DNA of 55,124 nucleotides from contig JAIOXC010000001.1 in the NCBI GenBank assembly GCA_021741795.1, forward strand, positions 1 through 55,124. The letters run 5' to 3'. The translations under genes and the position numbers were made by a program. The notes under the pieces are model-generated. The model made no database searches and had not been told where the DNA came from. It saw only the letters and a list, made by a program, of their open reading frames with translations. Positions 1 through 8,840 of this stretch are shown in pieces; positions within the stretch are counted from its first letter, which is position 1; each line of letters begins with the position of its first letter. The stretch is from Ilumatobacteraceae bacterium. Lineage in GTDB: Bacteria; Actinomycetota; Acidimicrobiia; Acidimicrobiales; Ilumatobacteraceae.

Positions 1-943
1 CTGCAGGAGCAACCAAGTAATACGCGGTAAGACAATACGAAAGCGATGGCAAGGCAATGTCAACAATCGTTGCGCCTGCTGCCTTGAGCGCAGCAAAGGC
101 AGCATCAAGTTGAGTCAGCACTTCTGGCTCGCAGCCATCTGGCATGTCTGCAAGCCTGCCGATGCGCATTCCCTTCACGCCCTGATCAAGCACTGCTGTG
201 AGTGAAGGAACTGGTTGATCGAGGGAAGTCGAGTCGAGCGGATCGTGCCCGCCGATGACTTCCATCAGTAACGCGGCATCTGCAACTGTGTGTGTGAACG
301 GACCAATTTGATCGAGGCTGCTTGCAAACGCAACGAGGCCTTGTCGGCTCACCATTCCGTATGTTGGCTTGACACCAACGACGCCGCAGAGCGCTGCCGG
401 TTGACGAATGCTGCCGCCGGTGTCGCTACCCAAACTTGCTGCTGCAAACCCGGCAGCAACTGCGGCAGCACTGCCGCCGCTTGAGCCACCAGGAACACGT
501 GATGTATCAAGCGGATTCCGTGTTGGACCAAACGCAGAGTTTTCGGTGGATGAGCCCATTGCAAATTCGTCCAAGTTGGTTTTGCCAACGATGACGGCAC
601 CCGCCTGTTGTAGACGCGTCACAACTGTTGCGTCGTACGGCGGCTTCCAACCTTCCAATATTTTGGACGAGCATGTTGTGGGAACACCACGCGTGCACAT
701 GTTGTCTTTGAGTGCGATTGGTACTCCAGCGAGAGGACCACGCTCTTTGCCGGACTTCAAGTCGGCATCGATGCTCGCAGCATTGGCCCGAGCAGAATCG
801 GCCATCACGTGATTGAACGCATGAATTTCGGTCTCACGCTTGTCAATGCGCGCGAGATGTTGTTCGAGCACATCGGTTGCAGTTGTTTTGCCCGCTCGGA
901 TCGAGCCGACGATGTCGACTACAGAAACAAACTCACTCGTCAT
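1..943 (-). CDS. gatA: Glu-tRNA(Gln)/Asp-tRNA(Asn) amidotransferase subunit A (3' end runs off the window)
   Basis: Hand translation from the ATG at 943 gives MTSEFVSVVDIVGSIRAGK... with the amidase signature GGSSGGSAAAVAAG and GSDTGGSIRQPAA. The start overlaps the gatC stop (ATGA). It is absent from the ORF track because there is no stop inside the window. Confidence 0.9.
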   Translation of the reverse strand, partial: MTSEFVSVVDIVGSIRAGKTTATDVLEQHLARIDKRETEIHAFNHVMADSARANAASIDADLKSGKERGPLAGVPIALKDNMCTRGVPTTCSSKILEGWKPPYDATVVTRLQQAGAVIVGKTNLDEFAMGSSTENSAFGPTRNPLDTSRVPGGSSGGSAAAVAAGFAAASLGSDTGGSIRQPAALCGVVGVKPTYGMVSRQGLVAFASSLDQIGPFTHTVADAALLMEVIGGHDPLDSTSLDQPVPSLTAVLDQGVKGMRIGRLADMPDGCEPEVLTQLDAAFAALKAAGATIVDIALPSLSYCLTAYYLVAPA

Positions 944-1266
944 GATTCCGAACCATTCGATGGCGGAACGCGAAAACGACCGTCTTGCGGTGCAGGTGCG
1001 TTATCGAGAACTTCTTGGCGATCCAGGCCAAGCACAACGACATCTTCGCGATACACATTTTTGATCGGGAATGGTTGTGCCATTGGCGTCACGGCCGATA
1101 AATCAAGTTTGTCGATGTCGCCGAAATGGTCGAGCATCCCTGTCAACTGCGTGGTCATCAGCGCCAGTTCTGCTTCGGTGAGGTCGAGCCTGGCCAAATG
1201 CGCCACCTTGGCCACCACTTGGGCAGTGATTTTTGGAGTTGTTTTTGCGTCGGACGAAGGGCTCAC
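940..1266 (-). CDS. gatC: Glu-tRNA(Gln)/Asp-tRNA(Asn) amidotransferase subunit C
   Basis: The 108-aa product has GatC-like LARLDLTEAEL...QL..ML.HF. It sits directly upstream of, and overlaps, gatA. The GTG start has a GAAGG SD 11 nt after the preceding stop. Confidence 0.85.
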   Translation of the reverse strand: MSPSSDAKTTPKITAQVVAKVAHLARLDLTEAELALMTTQLTGMLDHFGDIDKLDLSAVTPMAQPFPIKNVYREDVVVLGLDRQEVLDNAPAPQDGRFRVPPSNGSES

Positions 1267-1277
1267 AGGCCTTCAGC

Positions 1278-3428
1278 CTATTGGCTCTTCAAGTAGATAA
1301 GAACTGCGGATTCGGGGAACAGCATTGGTGGCTGGATGCCAACCAGCGAAAGTTGAGCGCCCGTCATTGTGAGTGATGAGTTCTCTCTCGAGTCACCAAG
1401 AGGCACATATGTAACCGTGTATTCAACGTCACTCAATAGTCCATGGATTTTCCACGGCGACGGTACAAGGCCTTGAGCAGTGGAGAGTTGCACATAACTC
1501 ATCAAAGCGTTGTGCTTGTCAGTCGAAATCACGCCGTGCGCAACCGCACTGTTGTCGGAAGTTATGTCGTAACGCACAAAGTCGCCGCTATGCAACAACT
1601 CTCGATGCTGTTTGTACAGGTCGATTATGTGACGAAGCTGTATTTGTTGGTCGTCGCGCAGTGTGAGCAAATTCCACTCAACACCCATGTGACCAAACAT
1701 GGCCGTTGCGCCTCTAAACGCAAGCGATTGCCGACGACCAGTGGTGTGCGCGGTGGGTGGGCCAATGTGCGCACCCATTACTTCGAGCGGCACAAGCATT
1801 GACGTGCCACGTTGAATGATTTGTCGCTCGAGAGCGTCGTTGCAGTCGCTTGTCCACACACGTTCGGTTCGGCGCAAAATCTCGTGATCAATACGTCCGC
1901 CACCCGATGCACAACTTTCAATTTCCACATGTGGGTGTGCTGCACGCAATTGATCAATCAATTGATACACGGCGCGAGTTTGATTGTGTGTGCCGGCTGC
2001 CCCATCACTTCCGGTTGCATGCACATGCGCGCGGTTCATGTCCCACTTCACATATGCAATATCGTTTTCCGAAAGCAGTGCATCTAACTGCCTATATATA
2101 TGTACGTACGCATCTGGGTGTGCAAGGTTGAGCACCAGTTGGTTGCGTGCCAATACAGGCTCGTAACTAGGAGACACCAACACCCACTCGGGATGCGCAC
2201 GAAAGAGATCGGAGTCGGGATTGACCATTTCGGGTTCTACCCAAATTCCAAAATCCATTCCGAGTTTGCGTACATGCGAAATCAATGGGGCAAGTCCATC
2301 CGGATAGACATCTGGCGACACAAACCAATCACCAAGACCAGACTTGTCATTGCGACGAGAGCCAAACCACCCGTCGTCTAATACAAAACGTTCAACTCCA
2401 ACATTGGCTGCAGCATCGGCAAGTGCACACAAACGCGTGAGATCATGATCGAAGTACACGGCCTCCCATGTGTTGAGCATCACTTTTCGAGGGCTCAAGA
2501 CCGTTGGATGATGCGAGCGGGAACGCACATTGCGATGCAACGCATGAGTTGCACTATTGAGGCCATCGCCCGACCACACGCCAATCACCTCGGGGGTTGC
2601 ATACGATTCACCTGGCTCGAGGCACAACTCGCCCGCGTGTAACAGTTCGCCCAACTGCACATATTTTCTGCCGTCTGGCAACACTTCGGCGAGCAACACC
2701 GAGTTTCCGCTCCATGCAAGATGCGCTCCCCACACTTGACCAGTCCAATTATTTGCGGACTGCTCTGTTGCAAAGATCAACGGCAAGTGCTCATGCGAAG
2801 TGCGTCCTGTGCGATTTTCTGCAGTCCACGCACCATCAACAAAATCGCGTCGATGCAACTGTGCTTCACGCGCCCACCGACCACTAAATGTGAGCAACTG
2901 AGTTGCACTCTCGGCGACAGGCAACGTGATAGTCAAATTTGTCAGCAAATATCGCGACTCGCCAATATTGCGCAGTATTGCGCTGGCGTGAAGTGTGCCC
3001 CATGCACTGCATGCAAGTTTGGTTTCAAGTTCAAGTTGCGCAACGTCATCTCGCACAATCGAAATCAATTGTTGATCGACAACTTCGCAACTCACAAAAG
3101 AAAACCTTGGCGCCCAATGACGACCGCCCGGACGATGCCCACCAACACCAGGCCGCATTGTGGCGCCATCACCGTGACACGGCACCAATGAAATTGCATT
3201 GATTGCATCGGTAACGCCGGGCATATTGGGTCGCGCAGTTGCTGCAGCGATTGCATCAAGATTGGCCAGCGAAGCCGCGTTCAACGCAGCACCCCAATAC
3301 ATGATTGTTGGTACTCCACCAGAGACGTCGCACACCACCGACTGGCGAGAATCACCGATGTGCTTCAGGATTGGACGTACTGGTTGAGTAGACACCACTG
3401 CGCACGGTACCGTCTGTTGCAGATCCAT
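1278..3428 (-). CDS. GH36 alpha-galactosidase
   Basis: 716 aa with the GH36 motifs DDGWF, KWDMNR and CASGGGR. Confidence 0.85.
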   Translation of the reverse strand: MDLQQTVPCAVVSTQPVRPILKHIGDSRQSVVCDVSGGVPTIMYWGAALNAASLANLDAIAAATARPNMPGVTDAINAISLVPCHGDGATMRPGVGGHRPGGRHWAPRFSFVSCEVVDQQLISIVRDDVAQLELETKLACSAWGTLHASAILRNIGESRYLLTNLTITLPVAESATQLLTFSGRWAREAQLHRRDFVDGAWTAENRTGRTSHEHLPLIFATEQSANNWTGQVWGAHLAWSGNSVLLAEVLPDGRKYVQLGELLHAGELCLEPGESYATPEVIGVWSGDGLNSATHALHRNVRSRSHHPTVLSPRKVMLNTWEAVYFDHDLTRLCALADAAANVGVERFVLDDGWFGSRRNDKSGLGDWFVSPDVYPDGLAPLISHVRKLGMDFGIWVEPEMVNPDSDLFRAHPEWVLVSPSYEPVLARNQLVLNLAHPDAYVHIYRQLDALLSENDIAYVKWDMNRAHVHATGSDGAAGTHNQTRAVYQLIDQLRAAHPHVEIESCASGGGRIDHEILRRTERVWTSDCNDALERQIIQRGTSMLVPLEVMGAHIGPPTAHTTGRRQSLAFRGATAMFGHMGVEWNLLTLRDDQQIQLRHIIDLYKQHRELLHSGDFVRYDITSDNSAVAHGVISTDKHNALMSYVQLSTAQGLVPSPWKIHGLLSDVEYTVTYVPLGDSRENSSLTMTGAQLSLVGIQPPMLFPESAVLIYLKSQ

Positions 3429-4296
3429 GACTACTCAACACAACCTCACGCATGGTGGCTCGGGCAATGAACGCATTGATCCCTCTACGGGCACTGTTGT
3501 GCATGTAGTTGGTTCACGACAAAATCGCCCCAATTTGCCCGCCACCGATTGCCCGTTTTGCGTGGGTGGACTTGAGGCGCCTCAACCTTACGAAACACAT
3601 CACTTTGCAAATCGTTGGCCTCCAATGCCGAACGATCGTTGTGAGATCGTGTTGTACTCGCCTGATCATGATCAATCCTTTGCAGGTCTCGGTACAACAG
3701 GAGTGCGAAGCGTGATCGACTTGTGGGCGCAACGAACAACCGAGCTCGGTGCGCGCGCAGATGTTGATGCCATATTGATCTTTGAAAATCGTGGACGCGA
3801 AGTTGGTGCAACGATTGATCACCCGCATGGACAGATTTATGCGTTTGATCACATTCCGGCACGCACGAGTGCGCGACTCAGTAATGGTTGGAGACCAGAC
3901 CAATCGCAAGAGAGACTTGTGCACGAGCGCGACGGCTGGCGCACTTCGGTGCCGTACGCATCTGTATACCCAGTGGCACTCGAGATCGCCCCTTCAATAC
4001 AAGTGGGAAGCTTGAGCGAACTCAGCCCGCAACAACGCGATGCATGTGCTGCAATGTTGGTAGATGCACTTACTCGAATTGATTCGCTATTTGGCGCACG
4101 CGTGCCGTACATGTTGTGGCTCAATCAGCGACCGACAACAAACGAAACGAAACATGCCGATGCATGGCTCAATTTTGAAATCGTTTCTCCGTGGCGTGGC
4201 AACGGAGTAATGCGTTATATCGCAGCAGCCGAGGTCTCAACTGGAGAATATTTCAATCCAATGATTCCTGAAGATCTCGCTGCCGCATTGCGATAA
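3427..4296 (+). CDS. galT: galactose-1-phosphate uridylyltransferase (short form)
   Basis: It has the CPFCVGG zinc motif and the HPHGQIYAF active-site His-Pro-His. It is divergent from the alpha-galactosidase. Confidence 0.75.
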   Translation: MTTQHNLTHGGSGNERIDPSTGTVVHVVGSRQNRPNLPATDCPFCVGGLEAPQPYETHHFANRWPPMPNDRCEIVLYSPDHDQSFAGLGTTGVRSVIDLWAQRTTELGARADVDAILIFENRGREVGATIDHPHGQIYAFDHIPARTSARLSNGWRPDQSQERLVHERDGWRTSVPYASVYPVALEIAPSIQVGSLSELSPQQRDACAAMLVDALTRIDSLFGARVPYMLWLNQRPTTNETKHADAWLNFEIVSPWRGNGVMRYIAAAEVSTGEYFNPMIPEDLAAALR

Positions 4297-5065
4297 TCAA
4301 CGACACTGACACGCTAAACACCACAAGCGACACCCACTGATTGAGGCGTAGACCACCGACGTGATGTGCCTCATCAATGCGGATGCCCTCAATGAAAAAA
4401 CGAAACAGCGTGTAGCCGGCTGTATAGAAACAAAACAATCTGCCAGGGCGCATCGGCACTTTTTTGTCGAGGAAAATTAATGCGAGGCACAGTACACCGC
4501 ATGCCACTGATTCATATAAAAACGTTGGATGAAAAGTAGTGCCAGCGGAATAGCCAGCAGCCTTGGCTGTTGATGTAGAGACTTCAAGTGCCCAAGGCAA
4601 CGTGGTTGGACGACCAAAGAGCTCTTGGTTGAACCAGTTGCCCCAACGACCGATTGCTTGTGCAAGTGGCAAAGCCGGTGCAACACAAGTCAGCAATAAA
4701 CCAATCGAGATGCCTTTGCGCTTTGCAAACCACACCCCTGCAGCGGTGCCGAGTGCAATGCCGCCCCAAATGCCAAGGCCGCCTTTCCACACTTGCACGA
4801 TGCTGCCGAGATCGTTTTCAAATCGTTGCCAGTCGGTGACAACGTGATACAAACGCGCACCGACGATGCCGACGGGCACGGCGATCATTGCGATTGAACC
4901 CATGTCGTCGCGCGTACCGATTCCGCGCTTTTCCATGCGACGACCGGCGAGCCACACTGCGGCCATCACACCAAGTGCGATCATTGCCCCATACGCGTTG
5001 AGTTTGAGTGGACCGAGATGCAACGAGCCGCTACTTGGGCTTGGAATGCCAGCAAGAAAGTTCAC
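4253..5065 (-). CDS. lgt: prolipoprotein diacylglyceryl transferase
   Basis: Polytopic membrane protein with GRWGNWFNQELFGRPT. The GTG start overlaps the upstream stop (GTGA). Confidence 0.9.
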   Translation of the reverse strand: MNFLAGIPSPSSGSLHLGPLKLNAYGAMIALGVMAAVWLAGRRMEKRGIGTRDDMGSIAMIAVPVGIVGARLYHVVTDWQRFENDLGSIVQVWKGGLGIWGGIALGTAAGVWFAKRKGISIGLLLTCVAPALPLAQAIGRWGNWFNQELFGRPTTLPWALEVSTSTAKAAGYSAGTTFHPTFLYESVACGVLCLALIFLDKKVPMRPGRLFCFYTAGYTLFRFFIEGIRIDEAHHVGGLRLNQWVSLVVFSVSVSLIIAMRQRDLQESLD

Positions 5066-5832
5066 GCGTCTAGGACCTGCTTGGCGAATGTGACCGAACG
5101 AGACATCACCGTTTCTTTTTCAACATCTTGAGTTGCAACATGGAAACTCTTTTCCAGCATTACACGCTCGATTTTGCCTGCATAGTGCGCAACCAAGAAG
5201 TCGCTCTGAGTTGGTTCGACAACGTGATCTTGGACTGAGTTAATCAACAACATCGGCATCATCATCTTTGGGTAGTGCTCAGCAAGAGGTGCAACCCCAT
5301 CTACATACATCGAATACGCGGCTCGCAGCGGCGTGCCTGTGTACGAATTTTCTACAACGGCCGTGTCGGCAATGTCGCTGCCGATGCCGGGAAGTGACTC
5401 TTCGCCAGACTCAATAATTACATCAAAGAACGCAATCTCTTCGACGGTTCGTCCCTGTGCAACCGGATTAATGCATACAATTCCGGCGATTTCTGGATGA
5501 TGGGCTGCCAGCCACAGTGTGAGTGCTCCGCCCATCGACAGCCCCGCAACAATGACTCTCTGGCAACGTGAAGACAAAACTTTGTATGCAGCCTCTACGT
5601 CTGCACTCCAGTCGGACCAACGTGTAGGCATCATGTCTTCAATCACTGTTCCGTGCCCAGACAAACGCGGTACCTCAACATGAAATCTCTCAGCGGCAAA
5701 CCGTTCGGCAAGTTCGCGCACAGATGAAGGGTTGCCAGTAAAGCCATGGACCACCAATACGCCGCTCGTCAGTGTTCCGTTGTGGGACCACGCTTCTGCC
5801 CCTGGTTGTACTTGTCCGCCCATTACATCCAC
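5062..5832 (-). CDS. alpha/beta-fold hydrolase (esterase/lysophospholipase-like)
   Basis: HGFTG oxyanion region and GLSMGG nucleophile elbow; 256 aa. Confidence 0.7.
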   Translation of the reverse strand: MDVMGGQVQPGAEAWSHNGTLTSGVLVVHGFTGNPSSVRELAERFAAERFHVEVPRLSGHGTVIEDMMPTRWSDWSADVEAAYKVLSSRCQRVIVAGLSMGGALTLWLAAHHPEIAGIVCINPVAQGRTVEEIAFFDVIIESGEESLPGIGSDIADTAVVENSYTGTPLRAAYSMYVDGVAPLAEHYPKMMMPMLLINSVQDHVVEPTQSDFLVAHYAGKIERVMLEKSFHVATQDVEKETVMSRSVTFAKQVLDA

Positions 5833-5915
5833 CCCTGTTTCCCCTAGTTATCTCAATTTCGATCCATCTTATATACATTCAAAACTGACTGACCGTTGCG
5901 CAAGCCAATTTCTGC

Positions 5916-6845
5916 TTGACTGAATTAGTGGAGCAATCTCGCCGACGTCTCGACACATCGGCATTTGTTGCCATTGCACCAGTTGTCGCACTGCTTCCGG
6001 TGTGGCTGATCGCGATCGGACTGATTTGGTTGCCACTCAAATTGTTGTCTGATGTTTCGTATTTCTTTTTTGCCAGCATGGCGATGCTGTTTGGTGTGGT
6101 TCTCTTTTCGCGACCAGTGCAGCGAATTGTCTTTGCCAGAATGCTTGGCGCAAGACCACCAACATCGCGCGAACTTCTTGCATTGCAGCCTGCATGGAAC
6201 ATTGTTTCGCAGGCAAATCATTTTTCGCCAAATCGATTTGTGCTGTTCGTCGTTGACAGTGGTGAGACCAATGCATTTGCATGCGGCGGACATTTGCTCG
6301 TCGTTTCTTCATACGCAATTGATCACTTGCGACAAGATCAACTCACTGGAGTTCTTGCTCACGAACTCAGTCACCACATGGGTGGGCACACCGTAGCGCT
6401 CACCGTTTCGCAGTGGATGAGCCTTCCGATTATTAGTCTTGCTCGTCTTGGTATTTGGATTCGTAATTATGCTCAACGCGTTACGTCGAAATTTACTGAA
6501 CGATACATAGTTGCACGCTTCTTCATGCATGCACTCACAACATTGCTCACCGCTATTTCATATCTTTTACTTTCTGGGTTTAGTGCAGCACAGGCACTCA
6601 ATAACCGCATCGGTCGAGCATCCGAATATCGCGCTGACGCTCGCGCTGCTCAGATGGGTTTTGGACAGGAACTTGTAAGTGCGCTACGCAATGTAGACAA
6701 ACACGAAAATCAAAAAGGGATGCGACTTCGACCAATGCTTTCAACTTCCACTCATCCGCCTGCTGGCACCAGAGTGGCAAAACTTGAGGCATTGCTGAAG
6801 CGTGACGTTGCACACAAGCGGCGCTCAATTCGTCGACACCAATAA
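5916..6845 (+). CDS. M48-family (HtpX-like) membrane zinc metallopeptidase
   Basis: HELSHH zincin motif flanked by hydrophobic helices. The start is TTG at 5916, with GTG at 5928 as an alternative. Confidence 0.7.
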   Translation: MTELVEQSRRRLDTSAFVAIAPVVALLPVWLIAIGLIWLPLKLLSDVSYFFFASMAMLFGVVLFSRPVQRIVFARMLGARPPTSRELLALQPAWNIVSQANHFSPNRFVLFVVDSGETNAFACGGHLLVVSSYAIDHLRQDQLTGVLAHELSHHMGGHTVALTVSQWMSLPIISLARLGIWIRNYAQRVTSKFTERYIVARFFMHALTTLLTAISYLLLSGFSAAQALNNRIGRASEYRADARAAQMGFGQELVSALRNVDKHENQKGMRLRPMLSTSTHPPAGTRVAKLEALLKRDVAHKRRSIRRHQ

Positions 6846-6868
6846 CGCTGGCGATAGCGTTTCTTGGC

Positions 6869-7921
6869 ATGAGCCCTGCAGCGCAAGACACGGCACTGAG
6901 TCCATTTCTTGCAGCAGCTTCGGGCAAGCGAATCACTCACACGCCAGTGTGGTTCATGCGTCAAGCAGGCAGAAGTTTGCCAGAGTATCGCGCAATTCGT
7001 GGTGAGGGCAGCATCTTGGATGCAATCAAACAACCCCGACTTGCCGCAGACATCACGTTGCAACCCGTAACGCGATACGGAGTCGACGCAGCAGTGTTGT
7101 ACAGCGACATCGTTGTGCCGGCACATGCAGTTGGTTTTGGCATTGACGTTGCTCCGGGTACGGGCCCAGTTGCCGAACAACCATTTCGAGTTCATGCAGA
7201 CTTGCAGCGACTGCGCGAATTTGAACCAGAAACCGACACGCCGTACGTACTTGAAACCATTCGGATGTTGGCAAGTGAGCTCAAGGTTCCGCTACTCGCA
7301 TTTGCCGGCGCACCATTTACTGTTGGCAGTTATTTGGTTGAAGGCAAACCGAGCCGCGATCATCTCATCACCAAACAGATGATGGCAACTGAGCCACAGT
7401 TGTGGCACGACTTGATGCAGCGACTCACACAACATGCTGTTGCGTCTCTACGCAGCCAGCTCGACGCCGGCGCGAGTGCATACCAACTCTTTGATTCGTG
7501 GGCAGGAAATTTGACGCAGGATCAATATCGCGATGCAGTCTTGCCGCACTCGGCTCACGTGATCAGTGAATTAAAAAACTCTCACCCCCATGCACCATCG
7601 ATTCACTTTGGTGTTGGTTGCGATCATCTGCTCGAATTAATGCACACTGCGGGAGCGACAGTGATTGGACTTGACTGGCGCACATCAATTACCGATGCTC
7701 GCGTACGCCTTGGCAAAGACACCATTGTCCAAGGAAATTTGGATCCGTCACTTGTGCAAGGCGACATCGCTACCGCACTCACTGGTGCAGATGCAGTGCT
7801 TGCCGACAATGCCAATCATCCCGGTCACATTTTTAATCTTGGTCATGGTGTAACTCCTGGTGTGAACCCAGATGTGTTGGCAGCAGTCGTACAACATGTC
7901 CACGAAAGGACTAGATCATGA
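6869..7921 (+). CDS. hemE: uroporphyrinogen decarboxylase
   Basis: PVWFMRQAGRSLPEYR N-terminal signature; 350 aa; ATGA overlap with the next gene. Confidence 0.9.
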   Translation: MSPAAQDTALSPFLAAASGKRITHTPVWFMRQAGRSLPEYRAIRGEGSILDAIKQPRLAADITLQPVTRYGVDAAVLYSDIVVPAHAVGFGIDVAPGTGPVAEQPFRVHADLQRLREFEPETDTPYVLETIRMLASELKVPLLAFAGAPFTVGSYLVEGKPSRDHLITKQMMATEPQLWHDLMQRLTQHAVASLRSQLDAGASAYQLFDSWAGNLTQDQYRDAVLPHSAHVISELKNSHPHAPSIHFGVGCDHLLELMHTAGATVIGLDWRTSITDARVRLGKDTIVQGNLDPSLVQGDIATALTGADAVLADNANHPGHIFNLGHGVTPGVNPDVLAAVVQHVHERTRS

Positions 7922-8829
7922 ACCGCACGGCTGTTTTGTTGATGGCCTATGGCACCCCGCGAAGCACACAAGAGATCCTTCCTTATTACACCGACATTCG
8001 ACGTGGTCGCGCACCAACCGAAGAGCAACTTGCTGACTTAGTAGCTCGCTACGACGCAATTGGTGGCATCTCTCCATTGGCCGCGCGCACCGAAGCACAA
8101 CGAGGTGCACTTCAACGTGCGTTGGACGCTCTTAAGCCTGGCCAATTTCATGTGCAGTTGGGTCTCAAACATGCTGCACCGATGATCGAGACAGCAGTGG
8201 ACGATTTAGCACAGCAAGGTTTCACCAAAATCGTTGCTCTCGTGCTTGCGCCGCACTTTTCTTCATATTCAATTGGACAATATGTTGGTCGCGCTACCGA
8301 GGCAGCAAAACCTCACGGAGTGGAAGTAATCGGCATTAATTCGTGGGCCATTGAGCCCGCCTTTATCGACTTCATTGCTGCTGACATGAAACAAAAGTTG
8401 GCTGCAATGCCAACCCGCACTCGCGTGTTGTTCACAGCGCACTCCCTGCCACAGCGCATTATCGATGGAGGCGACCCGTATCCAACGGAGTTGCACGCAA
8501 CAGCAACTGCTGTCGCCAAACAGATTGGTCTTGTTGAGCACTCGGACTGGGACATTGCTTGGCAATCTGCCGGGAGAACCCCAGAGCCATGGATTGGTCC
8601 AGACATTTTGCTTGCCATCAATGACATAGCCGCACAACGAAGCGCAGAAGGCGTTTTGGTGAGTGCGGTTGGATTTGTGGCTGATCACTTAGAGGTGTTG
8701 TACGACCTCGACATCGAAGCAGCGCGACATGCAGACAAGCTCGGGCTGAGCTTCAGCCGCACTGCTTGTGTCAATGATGATTCAGCAGTGATGAGCGCAC
8801 TTGCGCAACGTGTTTTGAGCGCATCGTAA
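7918..8829 (+). CDS. hemH: ferrochelatase (probable coproporphyrin ferrochelatase), short form without a C-terminal Cys-rich extension
   Basis: VLLMAYGTP N-terminus, FTAHSLP and the ADHLEVLYDLD motif; 303 aa. Confidence 0.85.
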   Translation: MNRTAVLLMAYGTPRSTQEILPYYTDIRRGRAPTEEQLADLVARYDAIGGISPLAARTEAQRGALQRALDALKPGQFHVQLGLKHAAPMIETAVDDLAQQGFTKIVALVLAPHFSSYSIGQYVGRATEAAKPHGVEVIGINSWAIEPAFIDFIAADMKQKLAAMPTRTRVLFTAHSLPQRIIDGGDPYPTELHATATAVAKQIGLVEHSDWDIAWQSAGRTPEPWIGPDILLAINDIAAQRSAEGVLVSAVGFVADHLEVLYDLDIEAARHADKLGLSFSRTACVNDDSAVMSALAQRVLSAS

Positions 8830-8840
8830 AGTCGATAGAT

